A model generated the notes under the pieces. The model did not search any database. It saw only the letters and a program-made list of their open reading frames with translations, and was not told the DNA's origin. The translations under genes were made by a program, and so were the position numbers. From Ionaspis alba (taxonomy: Eukaryota), in the NCBI GenBank assembly GCA_964255285.1, contig CAXUUL010000037.1:1-50305 (forward strand): 50,305 nt of DNA, in the 5' to 3' direction. Positions 39,296-50,305 of this stretch are shown here, piece by piece; position 1 is the stretch's first letter, and the number at the start of each line of letters is the position of its first letter.

Positions 39296-40279
39296 ATGGC
39301 AGACAGCGCAAAGAGAGTGAACGGTTCGACCCCAAAGTCTGTCGGCACCTCTTCGACTGTACCCTTAAAACGCAAAGCGAAAGCCCCAACTTCTCCTTCT
39401 AAAGCACCCCGCCGCTCGGCACGCGGTGCGCCACAATCCACCCCCACCTGCCTTCAGGTCCTACAATATCTCCTCTCAACCCCCTCTCTAGACCTCAGCA
39501 GGCCAAAGGACGAGATTGAAGCCCTCGAATCCAGCAAATTCGAAACAAGAACCTATGCCTCCATCTCCTTCAACCCTTTCGAGGAACTCCTTAGTGCCGT
39601 CATCCTCAGCCGTCCCATCAGCCACGCTCTCGGTGTCCGTAGTATCCGCACGTTGTTGAATGCACCGTACGAATTTAATACGCCCAAAGCGCTCAGGGCG
39701 GCTGGAGCGGTGGGACGGAGAAAGGCGCTAGATACGGCAAGGACGCAACATCGACAGAAGACGGCAGACGAGCTGGGAAGGCTAGCTGACGCGATTGTGG
39801 AGACATTAGGGGAGGGAGAGGATGATGTTGGGCTGGAGAGAGTTAGAGAAGAATCTGGCAAGGATGTGCAAAAGGTAAGATCAGGATCCTGGGAAGGGGT
39901 CGAGGCAGACGAGTTGGGCAAGGAGTGCTGACATTCGAAACAGGAGAGGGAGTTGCTGAAGAAGAACATTAAAGGACTGGGCAAGACGGGACTGGATATT
40001 TTCTTCCGGAGAGTGCAGTGGATGTGGGACGAAGCGTACCCATTCGCAGACCAGCGGACTCTGGATGCGCTAGGAAAGTTGGGCTTACCAACAGCCTCGG
40101 AGGATCTGAAAGAGCTGATGATAGAGAACTGGAAAGAGTTGAAGGTGGGCGATATGTCAGCGAAAGATGACGAAGAAAAACGAAGAAAGGTATTCGTGCA
40201 ACTCCTCGAGAGGGCAGTTGGAGGGGATCTCGAGGGAAACATTCATACCATACGAGCAGAAGCGGAAAAAATTCCTTGA
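39296..40279 (+). CDS. Uncharacterised helix-hairpin-helix (endonuclease III/HhH-GPD-like) protein
   Basis: Two exons (intron ~39875-39943). Basic NLS-like N-terminus, PFEELLSAVILSRPIS and HhH-like IKGLGKTGLDIFFRRVQ. Confidence 0.7.
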
Positions 40280-40383
40280 AATTTCTTTCAAAACTTAGGA
40301 CATTGTTGAAATTCTAAATGTTACGAAATTTGACAGTCCTCCTTAGAAACTCCAGTCATGCTCCTAATGTACATCCTTTTTGG

Positions 40384-41850
40384 TCACCGCTGATGCAACT
40401 TTTTAATCCTTGTATGGCCCTCATACACACCCCTATCTATTGCTGCTGCGACAGTCAATGTGCCTCCGATGACAGCACAGACTCCTGTGAGAAAACCAAC
40501 GAACGACTTTGAGCGTTCCTCACGGTTTATTACCTTCATTGGTGAGATATCCTATTACATGTGAGCGGTGTCACCCTTTAGGTCAGAATCCAAACGTACG
40601 TAGGAGAAGAAAACCCCTGGTATTCCGCCTCTCGCGTGGAGACGCTCTTTGTGACCTTCTTGAGCATCCGAGCCACCTCCCAGACTTCGTTTATGGCTCG
40701 TCACAGAGTATTGATGTGTCTCGACACTTCCATCTTCATTCTGACCATGCGATCCAAGGGGTGTCAAGTCGTTTGATGTCTCGATTATTTTGTTGACGAT
40801 ACCTTTCTGATGTCCTAGCGGGAGATAGGAGGTGGACACCACTTTCACGAAGTACATAAAATTGTAAGCTGGGTCACTCGTTGCCTGAGAGGTCTCATCC
40901 AAGGGGTTTAAATGGTGGTTTGTCCATGGTAATGAAGATCGGCGCAGATTCTTCGTGGCTTCCTCCGGCAGCTGCGGTCCGAACCTCAAGTGATGTATGG
41001 TGTGTGAAAAGGTGTGACCACCTTCTATGGGGCTTTCAAAGTAGTTGTTTAAGTCGTGGACATGCATATTGCCATTGCTGAAGCTTCGTCCTGGCGCGAT
41101 GTGAAAGTTCCCGACAACTTTATTAACTCTCAAACCTCCCTCAATACGACATCCTTCGTGCCTTTGGGCATCCAACTTCTCGCTGTAGTGTTCCCTCTCG
41201 CATTGCTCGACCCCCTCCCCACGACCGAATGCCCAAGATAACGATGCGTAGGCTTCTCGTACCTCTTCACAAGTGTTGCAACAGCCTGGTTTCTTAGCGC
41301 TGTCTGGCGCAGTGGCCCCGTAACATCCACCACAGTATGAAGGATCGAGGTGAGTTGCTACCTCAGCGGCAGAGTGTCTAGAACATGTCAATATTCTGGC
41401 TATGTATAGTCGTCGAGCCCTTACAGATCAAGCGCTTTCACATCAATCGCACCTCCGCCATCTCGTACGGGGGCAAGCCTGACCTTACTGACGCCATGCA
41501 TGACGCCAGTCTGCTGTTCTCCCGAAACATCCATAACATCCAAAGACAGGAGCTCGCACGGTATGCGAGGGAAGGAAATGTTCAGATGTATCTCCATTCT
41601 CTCACCTACAGATAGTTCGTCAGCACCAATTGACCATCGAGTATCTGGCGAACATACCTCGTCCCTTGTCCACAATCAATTCCGGATGTACATGAATTCT
41701 TCTGTAGTCTGCCCATTCACCCCATACAAGGTAGAATACAATAAGCAGCGAAGCTATTGTGACAATACCTCCCGATGTTGTTCGTACACGTGCATCTTCG
41801 ACGGTCTTTGTAAAGGCATCAAGGCGAACGAATCTTGATTTGGCTGGCAT
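40384..41850 (-). CDS. ERV46: ER-Golgi COPII vesicle protein Erv46 (ERGIC3 family)
   Basis: LDAFTKT, RTTSGG, YCGGCYGA, CCNTCEEVREAY, GNFHIAPG, GGIPGVFFSY/DISPMKV and the final TM segment; 4 exons. Confidence 0.95.
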
Positions 41851-42509
41851 TGTGTAGCTGTTGAGTTTGGGAAAGCTGTCTGCTCAAGTCCACCAGGACT
41901 AAAGGAGCTGAATCCAGTACTAGAAAGTACCACTGAAAAGGAAATAAGGTCAAAGCAAAATTGGCGACGAAGGAGTGCTGAGGCTAAAAGTACATGAGAG
42001 AGAACGAGTGTGAGCGTCTGCTCCTAGAAAGTGTTGCTTCAGAATTGAAAGGTCGTCATATTTGCAAGAAAGCACCCCAATTCATCAGGACACCGCGGCC
42101 ATTATTGAGATCCACGGGCCGGAGTCGCGGCGCGGACGGGCTAATCCCGAAAGCGCTTAGCTTGGTAGTGACACATCGCGGAACTCTTCTTCCGGTAATT
42201 CTTGCTCTGTAGTCGTTTTTGACTATTCAGCCATCCTCCTTCACATACGTGCCAACGTACCTTTGACTCCCATCGACAGCTTCCCTCTCATGTTGGTGCT
42301 TACGGGAGTCACCTCGTAACGAGTTGACTTCCAGCACTGCTGGCTGTCGACTCAGCTTCCGCAAGCGGTCATAGGCTCAAACTTCTTTGTCTAGAGATCA
42401 CCAAGTGACATCGACACATTCCTGCCTACTACCGACAGCAGAAATTCGGCCTCCCCATTACGACTATTCTTCAAACGACAGCTCAAGACCACCTACTGGC
42501 ATTCATACA

Positions 42510-44813
42510 ATGGCACAACAACATTCGAACCCGCCAAATGGGCCGAGACGAGGGGCTCGAGGCACTCCAAATTTCCGCGGCTCACCTCGCGGCGGTATAC
42601 AGAAGCGTTCCAATGCAAACCTTCGATTCGACAAGGACGGTGATCTGAATATGGAACCTACCGTAGGAAATGGGAGAGGCCGGGGACGTGGTTCCGGAGG
42701 CAGAGGATTCCCTCCAACACAACCCACTGGTGGGCGAAACGTTCTTCCCAGCCGCCAACCCAGAAACAATTTGATTCCAGCAGTGATAGAAAAAGCAATC
42801 TTCGGAGGCTCGGGTTCTGTATCTACCGTGATAAATAATCCTTCGGCCAAGTACACTAAGGCAGGCGCCCTGGGAGAGCCTGTCCGGGGAAAAAGTGGGT
42901 TGGATCAAATTGCTGTTAGTGGATGGAAGCAGAGCAAGGCATCTTCAAATCCGGATGGGGGCGTTAGAGATTTACTGGATTTCCTGGAACGAAAAGCAAG
43001 CCATAACGCACCGCCACATGAGAGAGTCAAGATCAAAAAGGTATGTCTGAAATCACACTCCGCCGGTCACCAACGTTCTAGCAACTTCGCCCTCATTGGT
43101 CCGCTCTCGTTTCAAACCAATCTACCAGAACGACGACCGAGGTTCTCGAATATCATCGCTGTGGCATAAAAGTGGCCAGCAACTTCAAGGTTTATATGCC
43201 TTGCTAACGTTGTTTAGTCACGAATAGAAGGTGACGCTCTGGTCGTCTCCGTGAGACCCGAAGACACAGAAAAAGTCATGCGGCTAGACTCGTTCCAGTT
43301 TGCCGGAGTGCCTCTTGCGATTCAGATGTGGTTAGCAAGACCAGAACCAATCTCAGAGGATGGTGTGCAATTGTTGGACAAGATTACTGCCATGATCGAA
43401 CGACGTTATAATAAGGATCTTAAGTTTCTCGATCTCTCGGCGCTGGGAAACGAAGCAGAGTTTGCTGTTGGCGGGATGTTCGATACCACCGCTAGGCAGA
43501 CTAAGTTCTTTCTGGCCCTCATGAAGGTCTGCGATACCCACTTCGCGACCCCGGAGCAAAAGCGAGAGACTGTCGTCAGTGTCAGCTTAGCGAACAACGC
43601 TCTTCCGAATGTCACTCCCGTCACAATACTTTCTCAGACCTTTCCAGATGTTAAGAATCTAGACTTATCGAACAACAACCTTACGGATCTTCAAGCTCTC
43701 CAAGCATGGCGTTGGAAGTTTCGGTCTCTGGAACACCTCATTCTTGCTGGCAATCCTATTGAAGCCGAAGTTCCATCATATCAAGAGGAGATGACCAAGT
43801 GGTATCCCAAACTCCATACTCTCAATAGCACAAGGGTTCGGTCGGAGGAGGAGATCGCAGCCCCTTCAAAAAGTGTGATTCCAATTCCAATCCTCTCCCC
43901 TAGCTTCCGTGATGAAGCATCTGTTGGCCACAATTTTGTCACAGAATTCTTTTCGACCTACGATAGAGATCGGAATTCTCTAGTGAAGGGGTATTACGAC
44001 TCTGAGTCAACCTTCTCACTAAGTGTGAATGTCTCCGCTCCTCGGTCGCAGGATTCGCAGACAAAGGCTCAAAACTGGGAACAATATATTAAGAAGAGCA
44101 GGAATCTAACCAAGATCACAACACTACCCGCGAGAATGGCTAGGATATACAAAGGGATAGAGAAGATTCGTGATTCATGGCTTACACTACCGACTACTAC
44201 GCATCCCAACATCGTGGCCGAGCCTGAGAAATGGAACATCGAGTGTCATTCAATTCCAGGTCTTCCAGATCCCACTGGCCAGTCACCTTCCGGAGTTGGA
44301 GGCCTCATGGTTATGGTGCATGGCGAGTTTAAGGAATTCGATGTTTCTACAGGCAACACAACCAATCACCGCAGCTTCGATCGGACTTTCGTGCTTGGAC
44401 CTGGAGGAGGAATTGGAGGTGTGCGAGTGCTGAACGATGTTCTCGTCTTGAGAGCATATGGTGGACACGACGCGTGGAAGCCGACTGATGAGGATAACAA
44501 CGTCTCATCAGTCCCCTCAGTCCCACTAAAATCTCTGCTCCCTATCCTCCGTGTTCCGGAAGGTTTTGGTGCAGCTGGACCGGGGAAAACGGCTGAGCAA
44601 GTTCAGCAGGAGCATATGGCGCTGGAGTTGAGCAAGGCAACGGGAATGACGCTGCAATACTCGGGGATGTGCTTGGAACAGAATGCTTGGAATCTGGACG
44701 TGGCGGGTAATGCTTTCCAGCAAGCAAAGGTGTGTGACTGTACCGCCGTCATTACTCGTAGGGTAATGACTGACTTGAAACAGGCAAATCTGCCCGCGGA
44801 GGCGTTCTTCTGA
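42510..44813 (+). CDS. MEX67: mRNA export factor Mex67 (NXF1 orthologue)
   Basis: RGG-rich N-terminus, LLDFLERKA, LRR (VKNLDLSNNNL), NTF2-like domain (HGEF, RSFDRTFVL) and TAP-C/UBA (TGMTLQYSGMCLEQNAW...LPAEAF); introns 43041-43217 and 44730-44783. Confidence 0.95.
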
Positions 44814-45425
44814 GTTCTGCAAGGAAAAGGTCGAAGTAGCAGTACGTGCATACTAGGCGCATTATAGAGATTGTTTGCGCGTTTTGCATATATCTGGGTA
44901 TATTGGATGTTCGGGAGTTTGCTAGGGCAGTCCTCTTTGTTTCCGTTCGGGTGCCCAAAAGGGTCATGGTCTCCGTTGATCGGTAGATTGAGATTGTCGG
45001 CTTAATTAGATCTAATAACCCCACACTTTCGATTTTCACTTCCGCATCCCAATATCTCACTTTGATCTAGGTGATCCATAATACAAATTGCTGTCCAAGT
45101 AGTTCATTGGGGAGTAGGAGTTGCTCGTTTTTGTTGCGCACGGGTCTTTGGTGCTGTGCAGACCAGTAGCAAGGCTGAAGCAGTGTTGATACGATCCCAT
45201 TCTTGCCTTTCGAGTCTACAAAAGCTACTTTCGTCGATACTCCAAGAAATGAACGAAAGGCAAGGACGGCGGCCTCAAGGGGTTCCGTCCTCGCCTTGTC
45301 ACGTCTGACAAATATTTTAAAGATGGAGACGAACACGAACCAACTCGGTGCAGGGTATATCGGTGGAGCTAAAAAAACGTGACCTCAAGATATATGAAGG
45401 GCATGATTCTACCACGCCGTCTCCT

Positions 45426-46808
45426 ATGGTGGCCTTAAACTCCATCATCCATTCGCACCGCAATCCCCAGTCTCTCCTCCACCACCTTACGCCCCATCTC
45501 CCCTTCACTCTTCCCCTAGTCCGGCGCCTCCAATTCCATCACCATTCCCCACACGCTCAAATCCTCTCCACCATCCCGCCATGCAGGCCTACGACCACGC
45601 AAATTTCAACTCTCCCGTTTGCCGCAGCTTATATCGACCGCTCCCGCGCTCCTGAAACCGAATGCTGGATCTTCTCCTCAATCGAGCTACCGTCTACTGC
45701 TTCACTTTCTCCCGTTGATGAAGTTCCTATTGCCGGTGGCCATGAGGAAGTTGAGCTCGCAAAGCAGCAGCTCTTGGTTCTTCTCGCTACCATCCGCGCC
45801 CTTCCTCTCCCACCGTCCTTCCCCAACGCTCAAGATTCAAATCTGCTTCTTGTTGGTGCACTGCATATCCGGGTCTTGGAATTGCTGAAGGGCACACCGA
45901 TCGTGCTGAGTGAAGGAAAGAGGATTATATCTGGTCGCAAAACACTGACGTCAAATCACGATCGCGAGGCTACAACCCTAGGCAATGGGACTGCGGGCAA
46001 AGGTTCTACTCAAGGGCTAGGAATTGGGAGTAACAGGAACGGGGAATCACAACCGGAACAAGCTGAAGCGACTAAGGATGCAGGGACCGAGAGGAGAGCA
46101 TCCGGAGAGTGCATGCATGAGAGTGAAGGAGGAAGAGAGAAGCATACGGGAGGCGTGGTGAGAGGCCATACAGTGCCTTATCGGAAGTATATCTTTGCGC
46201 CATCCGGCACACTGGGAAAAGGTTCTACGAACGATAGCGACCTCGACCTCGACCTCGACGTCGGTGAGACGATCAAGGATAAAGAGCTGAAATTGCCTCC
46301 CGATCTGGAATGGACGATTGTCCACCCGGAGGAGCTCGCACTTGTGATCAGTCGGACCGAAATACCGAGGACGGAAGGGACATTGGGACTATTGCAGAGT
46401 ATGGGTTTGCGGGTGCGAAAGAGGCAGCCTCCGTGTGGGGAGGGCAATGGCGATATAGAAGCTGAGGGGAGCACAGGGAACGGTCAGCTGATTGCGTGGG
46501 CATTCCTTGGTCCTGATGGCTCGCTGACGAGCTTACATGTGGAGGAAGGGTGGAGAGGAAGGGGTCTGGCGAAGAGGGTGGCGGGGAGGTTGTTTGAGCT
46601 TGTCGGCGCGAGTGACTACGTATGGCCGAATGGAGTGGGGAAAGGGTTTTGGGGGGTGGCAAATGGAAAGGAGTGGTGCCATAGCGATGTTGCTGCTGAC
46701 AATAGAGGGAGTATCAGAGTTGCGGAGGGATTGGGAGGTGTGTGGAAATGGAATTGCTTTTGGTGTTGGATCGATTTGAGGAGCATAGAAGGTGGAAAGG
46801 CAGTGTGA
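45426..46808 (+). CDS. GNAT/FR47-like acetyltransferase-domain protein
   Basis: Single exon; SRAPETECWIFSS and C-terminal AWAFLGPDGSLTSLHVEEGWRGRGLAK (acetyl-CoA motif A), HSDVAADN; low-complexity central insert. Confidence 0.85.
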   Translation: MVALNSIIHSHRNPQSLLHHLTPHLPFTLPLVRRLQFHHHSPHAQILSTIPPCRPTTTQISTLPFAAAYIDRSRAPETECWIFSSIELPSTASLSPVDEVPIAGGHEEVELAKQQLLVLLATIRALPLPPSFPNAQDSNLLLVGALHIRVLELLKGTPIVLSEGKRIISGRKTLTSNHDREATTLGNGTAGKGSTQGLGIGSNRNGESQPEQAEATKDAGTERRASGECMHESEGGREKHTGGVVRGHTVPYRKYIFAPSGTLGKGSTNDSDLDLDLDVGETIKDKELKLPPDLEWTIVHPEELALVISRTEIPRTEGTLGLLQSMGLRVRKRQPPCGEGNGDIEAEGSTGNGQLIAWAFLGPDGSLTSLHVEEGWRGRGLAKRVAGRLFELVGASDYVWPNGVGKGFWGVANGKEWCHSDVAADNRGSIRVAEGLGGVWKWNCFWCWIDLRSIEGGKAV

Positions 46809-47194
46809 GACGGGAGGCCGGGAGAAGGACGCAGGGAGTTCGAAGAGTTCATAACGTGAGTTATGACGATGACTACAAAAGCGTGCTTATGCAGAGAGAT
46901 ACATGAATAGATTAGAACACTAAGGTATTCTGATTATCTTGCTACCAAGTATCGCTTGCATGCTAAGGCAGTCCAGACATGCTATGCGCTTTCTGAAACA
47001 CAATCCTCCAACCTAAGATACAAGTATCTAGCATAAAATAACAAATCAGCCCTTGAGACCAGGCATTGGCCGTACCGCATAAGTATTGTCTGCGATCAAG
47101 TCGCCACGTCTTCAAGAAAATGATCACAGATCATTAGACGTGAAGGATTCACTTATTAGAAATTAAGATATTAGCAAACAAGGACATCCAGCCA

Positions 47195-49400
47195 TTAAGT
47201 AGCCATCGATTTTTTTCTTCCGAAGAACATCCTTGATCTCGACTTATCGCGAGATTTCTTTTCCACACTGTTAGTCTTTGTACCTCGTCCGGTTCTCTCA
47301 TGGGTCTCGTCATCGTACTTGGACTTATAGATCCTTTGTCGTTATCAGATACTAGGTCTCGGGGAATCGGAAACACTATACGTACCAGCTATTGCCAACC
47401 ATACTCATACCCTTTGCCTCCGCATCACGGTAGTATCTAGCCGCCTTCTTCAGATCCTTTTTACATCCGACACCCTGGAAATAACAGAAGCCAGCTTCTG
47501 CCATCGCATCTGCGTCTCCCCAATTCGACGCAATCTCGAAGCATCGCAGTGCAAGAACTTTGTCTTGTTCAGTACCCCAACCGTTCATGTGGCTCACTCC
47601 GAGCTCATATACACTTAGGGCAAACTGTGCTCTTCGAGTCTTTCGCTCAATTATGTCTCCCTGCTTGCCCTGATTTGCAGGATCATTGTCGTTTTCAAGC
47701 TCAATGCTCGCACAGTCCATGGCTTTCCTGAGCCATTGGACTCCTTCCTGAGGGCTTTGCCTCATTCCCCATCCGTGTCGGCAGGCCAGTGCATAGAGTA
47801 ACATTGCAGTAGGATTGTTCTGTCTCGCAGCGATCCGGAGATGATAAGTCGATTCCTTTAACGATCCACGCTCATGGCAGTCAATGCCTTTCGTAAGATG
47901 ATCTTCCGGGGTGAGCTCGATGGATGCAGGAACAGGTCTCTTGGATGCCTTGATAGTGCTTCCGGAGTTCATCGAGGTCATGGAGTGACGAAATTGTTCT
48001 TGTGGTGTTGGAATTGGAGGCGGCCTTGCACGCCTAGTTTCAATTTGATCCATGGAACGTCGCGGCGGCGGCGGCTCCACGACGGATATCTCGCTTTCCA
48101 GAGAGCGGGGTGGGGTGGATATGGATACATCTGTGGTTATCAGTTTCGAGACTGCAGGTTTCGTGTCTTCCAGAGACATGTATAAATCCTGGTCGGACGA
48201 AGGAACAGTGCCATCCAGGGGTAACGAATCTCGTTCTAGCATTCTCCCACGAGGTAACGAATACTTCGCGTAAATATAGGACGACGCTTGCGGCATCGGG
48301 TGCTCCTTAGTATCAAAGAACTCTTCGTTATCAACAGATATAGGAGATTGTACAGTTGGTTCAGGCAACTGCTGAGCTTGTCTGTCGGAGGAAGGCTGAC
48401 GAGAAGATGAGTCGATCGAAAGTCGGCTCCCTCTGCTTAGTGGTCTGGAGAAATTGAAGGCAGGACGACTCAACCGATGTCCGTTGATAGAATGATCCGA
48501 GTTCCCCGAAGTTGAACGGCGGTGGTGTGTAGCTAGAGGCGAGAGCGGAGATTGTTGCGTGGAAAACCCGCTGCCTGAAGAGAATTTTCGCCGTGGCTGT
48601 GACACAGATGAACCAGGAGTAGACTCTGATATCTCATCATCTGAGCTATCAGCCGCGACCGATCTGGTACCTGGAGTTTGGTTGGCATAGGGTAGTTTCG
48701 GTGGCCGCAGATCGTAAAGATACTGCCCACGTGGTGACACAGATTCAGCTGATAATCCTCGTTGCGATTCCTTCGCATGATGGTACGAATCGAAGCTGCT
48801 CTGACTCTTGCTGACAAACGATCGTTCGCTCGAGTCCATGCTTTTACGTACCGAAGGCGCAGAGTCGGGTGATTGCGCACGTACAACACCGAAGTAGTCG
48901 CCGGGGGCTCCGGAATGTTGTTCTTGGGGGGTCGAGGGTGTCAGGTCATTGACGAGAGGAGAAGAAGCTGCATACGGAGCCTGTCCATTGGAAAGTGGTG
49001 GGACTCTGCTCATTCTAGGGTAGTATGATTTTGGGCGGAACCTGGGTTCTTCAACTTCCATTCGATTTCCAGGTGGATCGTCAGGTACTGGTCTTGCTTC
49101 ATCGCCGGTGGCGCTACTCTCGGTGTCTGTCGACGTGGAGCGGAAATACCCTGGTCTCGGTTTTGCTAGCGAATTGGCCACGGTGAGCGGCGGAAGTCGA
49201 CTGACACGACGTCCATTGCGCCGGCTATCGTCCAGTTGCTTTGACAGAAGTCGACTCTGTGCTGCGAAGGCATCGAGAGGGGACATGGCAGGAGGTACAT
49301 CGCCCGCGACATGCGTGACCCGTGGAGAAGAGGATGGTCCGTATAGGAACATATTGTCTGGCTTAGAACCAAGATCAATGAATGTAGGTTTCTGAGCCAT
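47195..49400 (-). CDS. Sel1-repeat protein (Dsf2/Nif1-like) with long Ser/Pro-rich N-terminus
   Basis: C-terminal Sel1 repeats LLYALACRHGWG, YELGVSHMNGWG, GVGCKKDLKKAARYYRDAE; GNSW/IYKSKY across the final intron; ends TAA at 47195. Confidence 0.88.
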
Positions 49401-50305
49401 AATGCAGGCTGTAAGACTCTGGAGAAAGGCACTTCAAGACTTTAATCAGGTGTTGTCGAATGCGAAGCATAGGAGGTGTTAAAGTGGTGTAGAGCAGGCG
49501 CAAGACGATTCATGCGAGCGAGTTTCGTGATAGAGATTCGTTTGAGATCTTGCCAGAGGTCGCTTTTCCTGACAAAGCTTGGGGTATGTGATGTATTTCG
49601 AAGAGAGTGGTCGGATGGGGGGTTCACAAGCGCGACTCTGTCGGAGTCGTAAATCGAGCACTTGATGGACGGTGCTGACGGTCTCGTTCGTTGGAGTTGG
49701 AGCGGTGTTGCTGTCAGAGAAGTCGAAAATGCTCGATCCAACCAGTCGGAAGGAAGTTGTAGTCTCGCAGCCTCAGGCTTGAGCCGCACCAGTACTTCCT
49801 GTGGAGCAGAGATCTTAGTGAAGAATATTGAAAGACTATGAGAACTGCAGCGAACGATAGGGAGATGCCAAGGGAGAGGTCGTGGTGAAATTACAGCAAG
49901 TCGCAAGTCCGGTTGATGTGCAATAATAAAATCCGTAGCGATGCTATGACTACTCCATTATTGATTGCGCCGCCAAGGGCCCCCCGGTTCCTCTAAGCCC
50001 CCTGTTGCCGGGCCCTGTCCAATAACGAGGACCCTGCCGTTAGAGTGCTTACTGTAGGCGCTCCGTAGCACAGAATAGCGCATTTACCCCCCATAATGTA
50101 CTGTAGTACCAGTCGGGTTGATTGGGTGGTCCACTGATTAGTGCTAGAGACTCGTAGATAATCGTACATCTTTCACTACTCTCCGGTTTTTCGCAGTCCA
50201 TGTTACGAGAATACCTCAGTACAAACAGATTGCTCTATAACCTCCACAGCTCTGAGCTTCTTGACCATATGTTGGGATTCATCTGTCTTAAAAGAGGACT
50301 CTACG

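Noticed and set aside
40321..40386. ERV46 post-stop frame (TGA-CCA...) ends in CQIS*, superficially CaaX-like
   Set aside because: Context is not TGA-CTA, the extension is only 20 codons, and Erv46 is already an integral membrane protein; plausibly chance.
49442..49906. 154-aa minus-strand ORF upstream of the Sel1-repeat gene
   Set aside because: TTG start and no domain; probably a long 5'UTR.
1..50305. tRNA, rRNA, CRISPR arrays, intact transposons or a secondary-metabolite cluster
   Set aside because: None recognised by eye; covariance-model searches would be needed to exclude small ncRNAs.

Overview
Gene-dense, intron-rich eukaryotic DNA from a filamentous ascomycete (Pezizomycotina; roughly 50% GC, mostly ~50-nt GT-AG introns with CTRAC/CTRAY branch points), with one 100-N scaffold gap. 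It holds about 19 protein-coding genes: a probable DUT1 5' fragment, a peroxisomal ACAD10/11-like kinase, a ~999-aa uncharacterised protein, RPP0, TRM82, HEM12, FCY1, YDJ1, MSH1, a sulfate permease, SNT2, a HELQ-like helicase, a Pst2/Ycp4-family flavodoxin-like quinone reductase, BUB2, a helix-hairpin-helix protein, ERV46, MEX67, a GNAT and a Sel1-repeat protein. There is also one membrane-protein pseudogene. The main finding is in the flavodoxin-like gene: it stops at TGA-CTAG (a canonical readthrough context), followed by an open, in-frame 72-codon extension ending GPCGLPVKCVIL*. That points to a cryptic, lipid-anchored (CaaX) isoform made by stop-codon readthrough. Second, MEX67 intron 1 is unusually long, folds into an extended nested hairpin and carries a premature stop, suggesting an NXF1-like autoregulatory retained intron. 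All calls come from reading the sequence and recalled family motifs; no database search was run.
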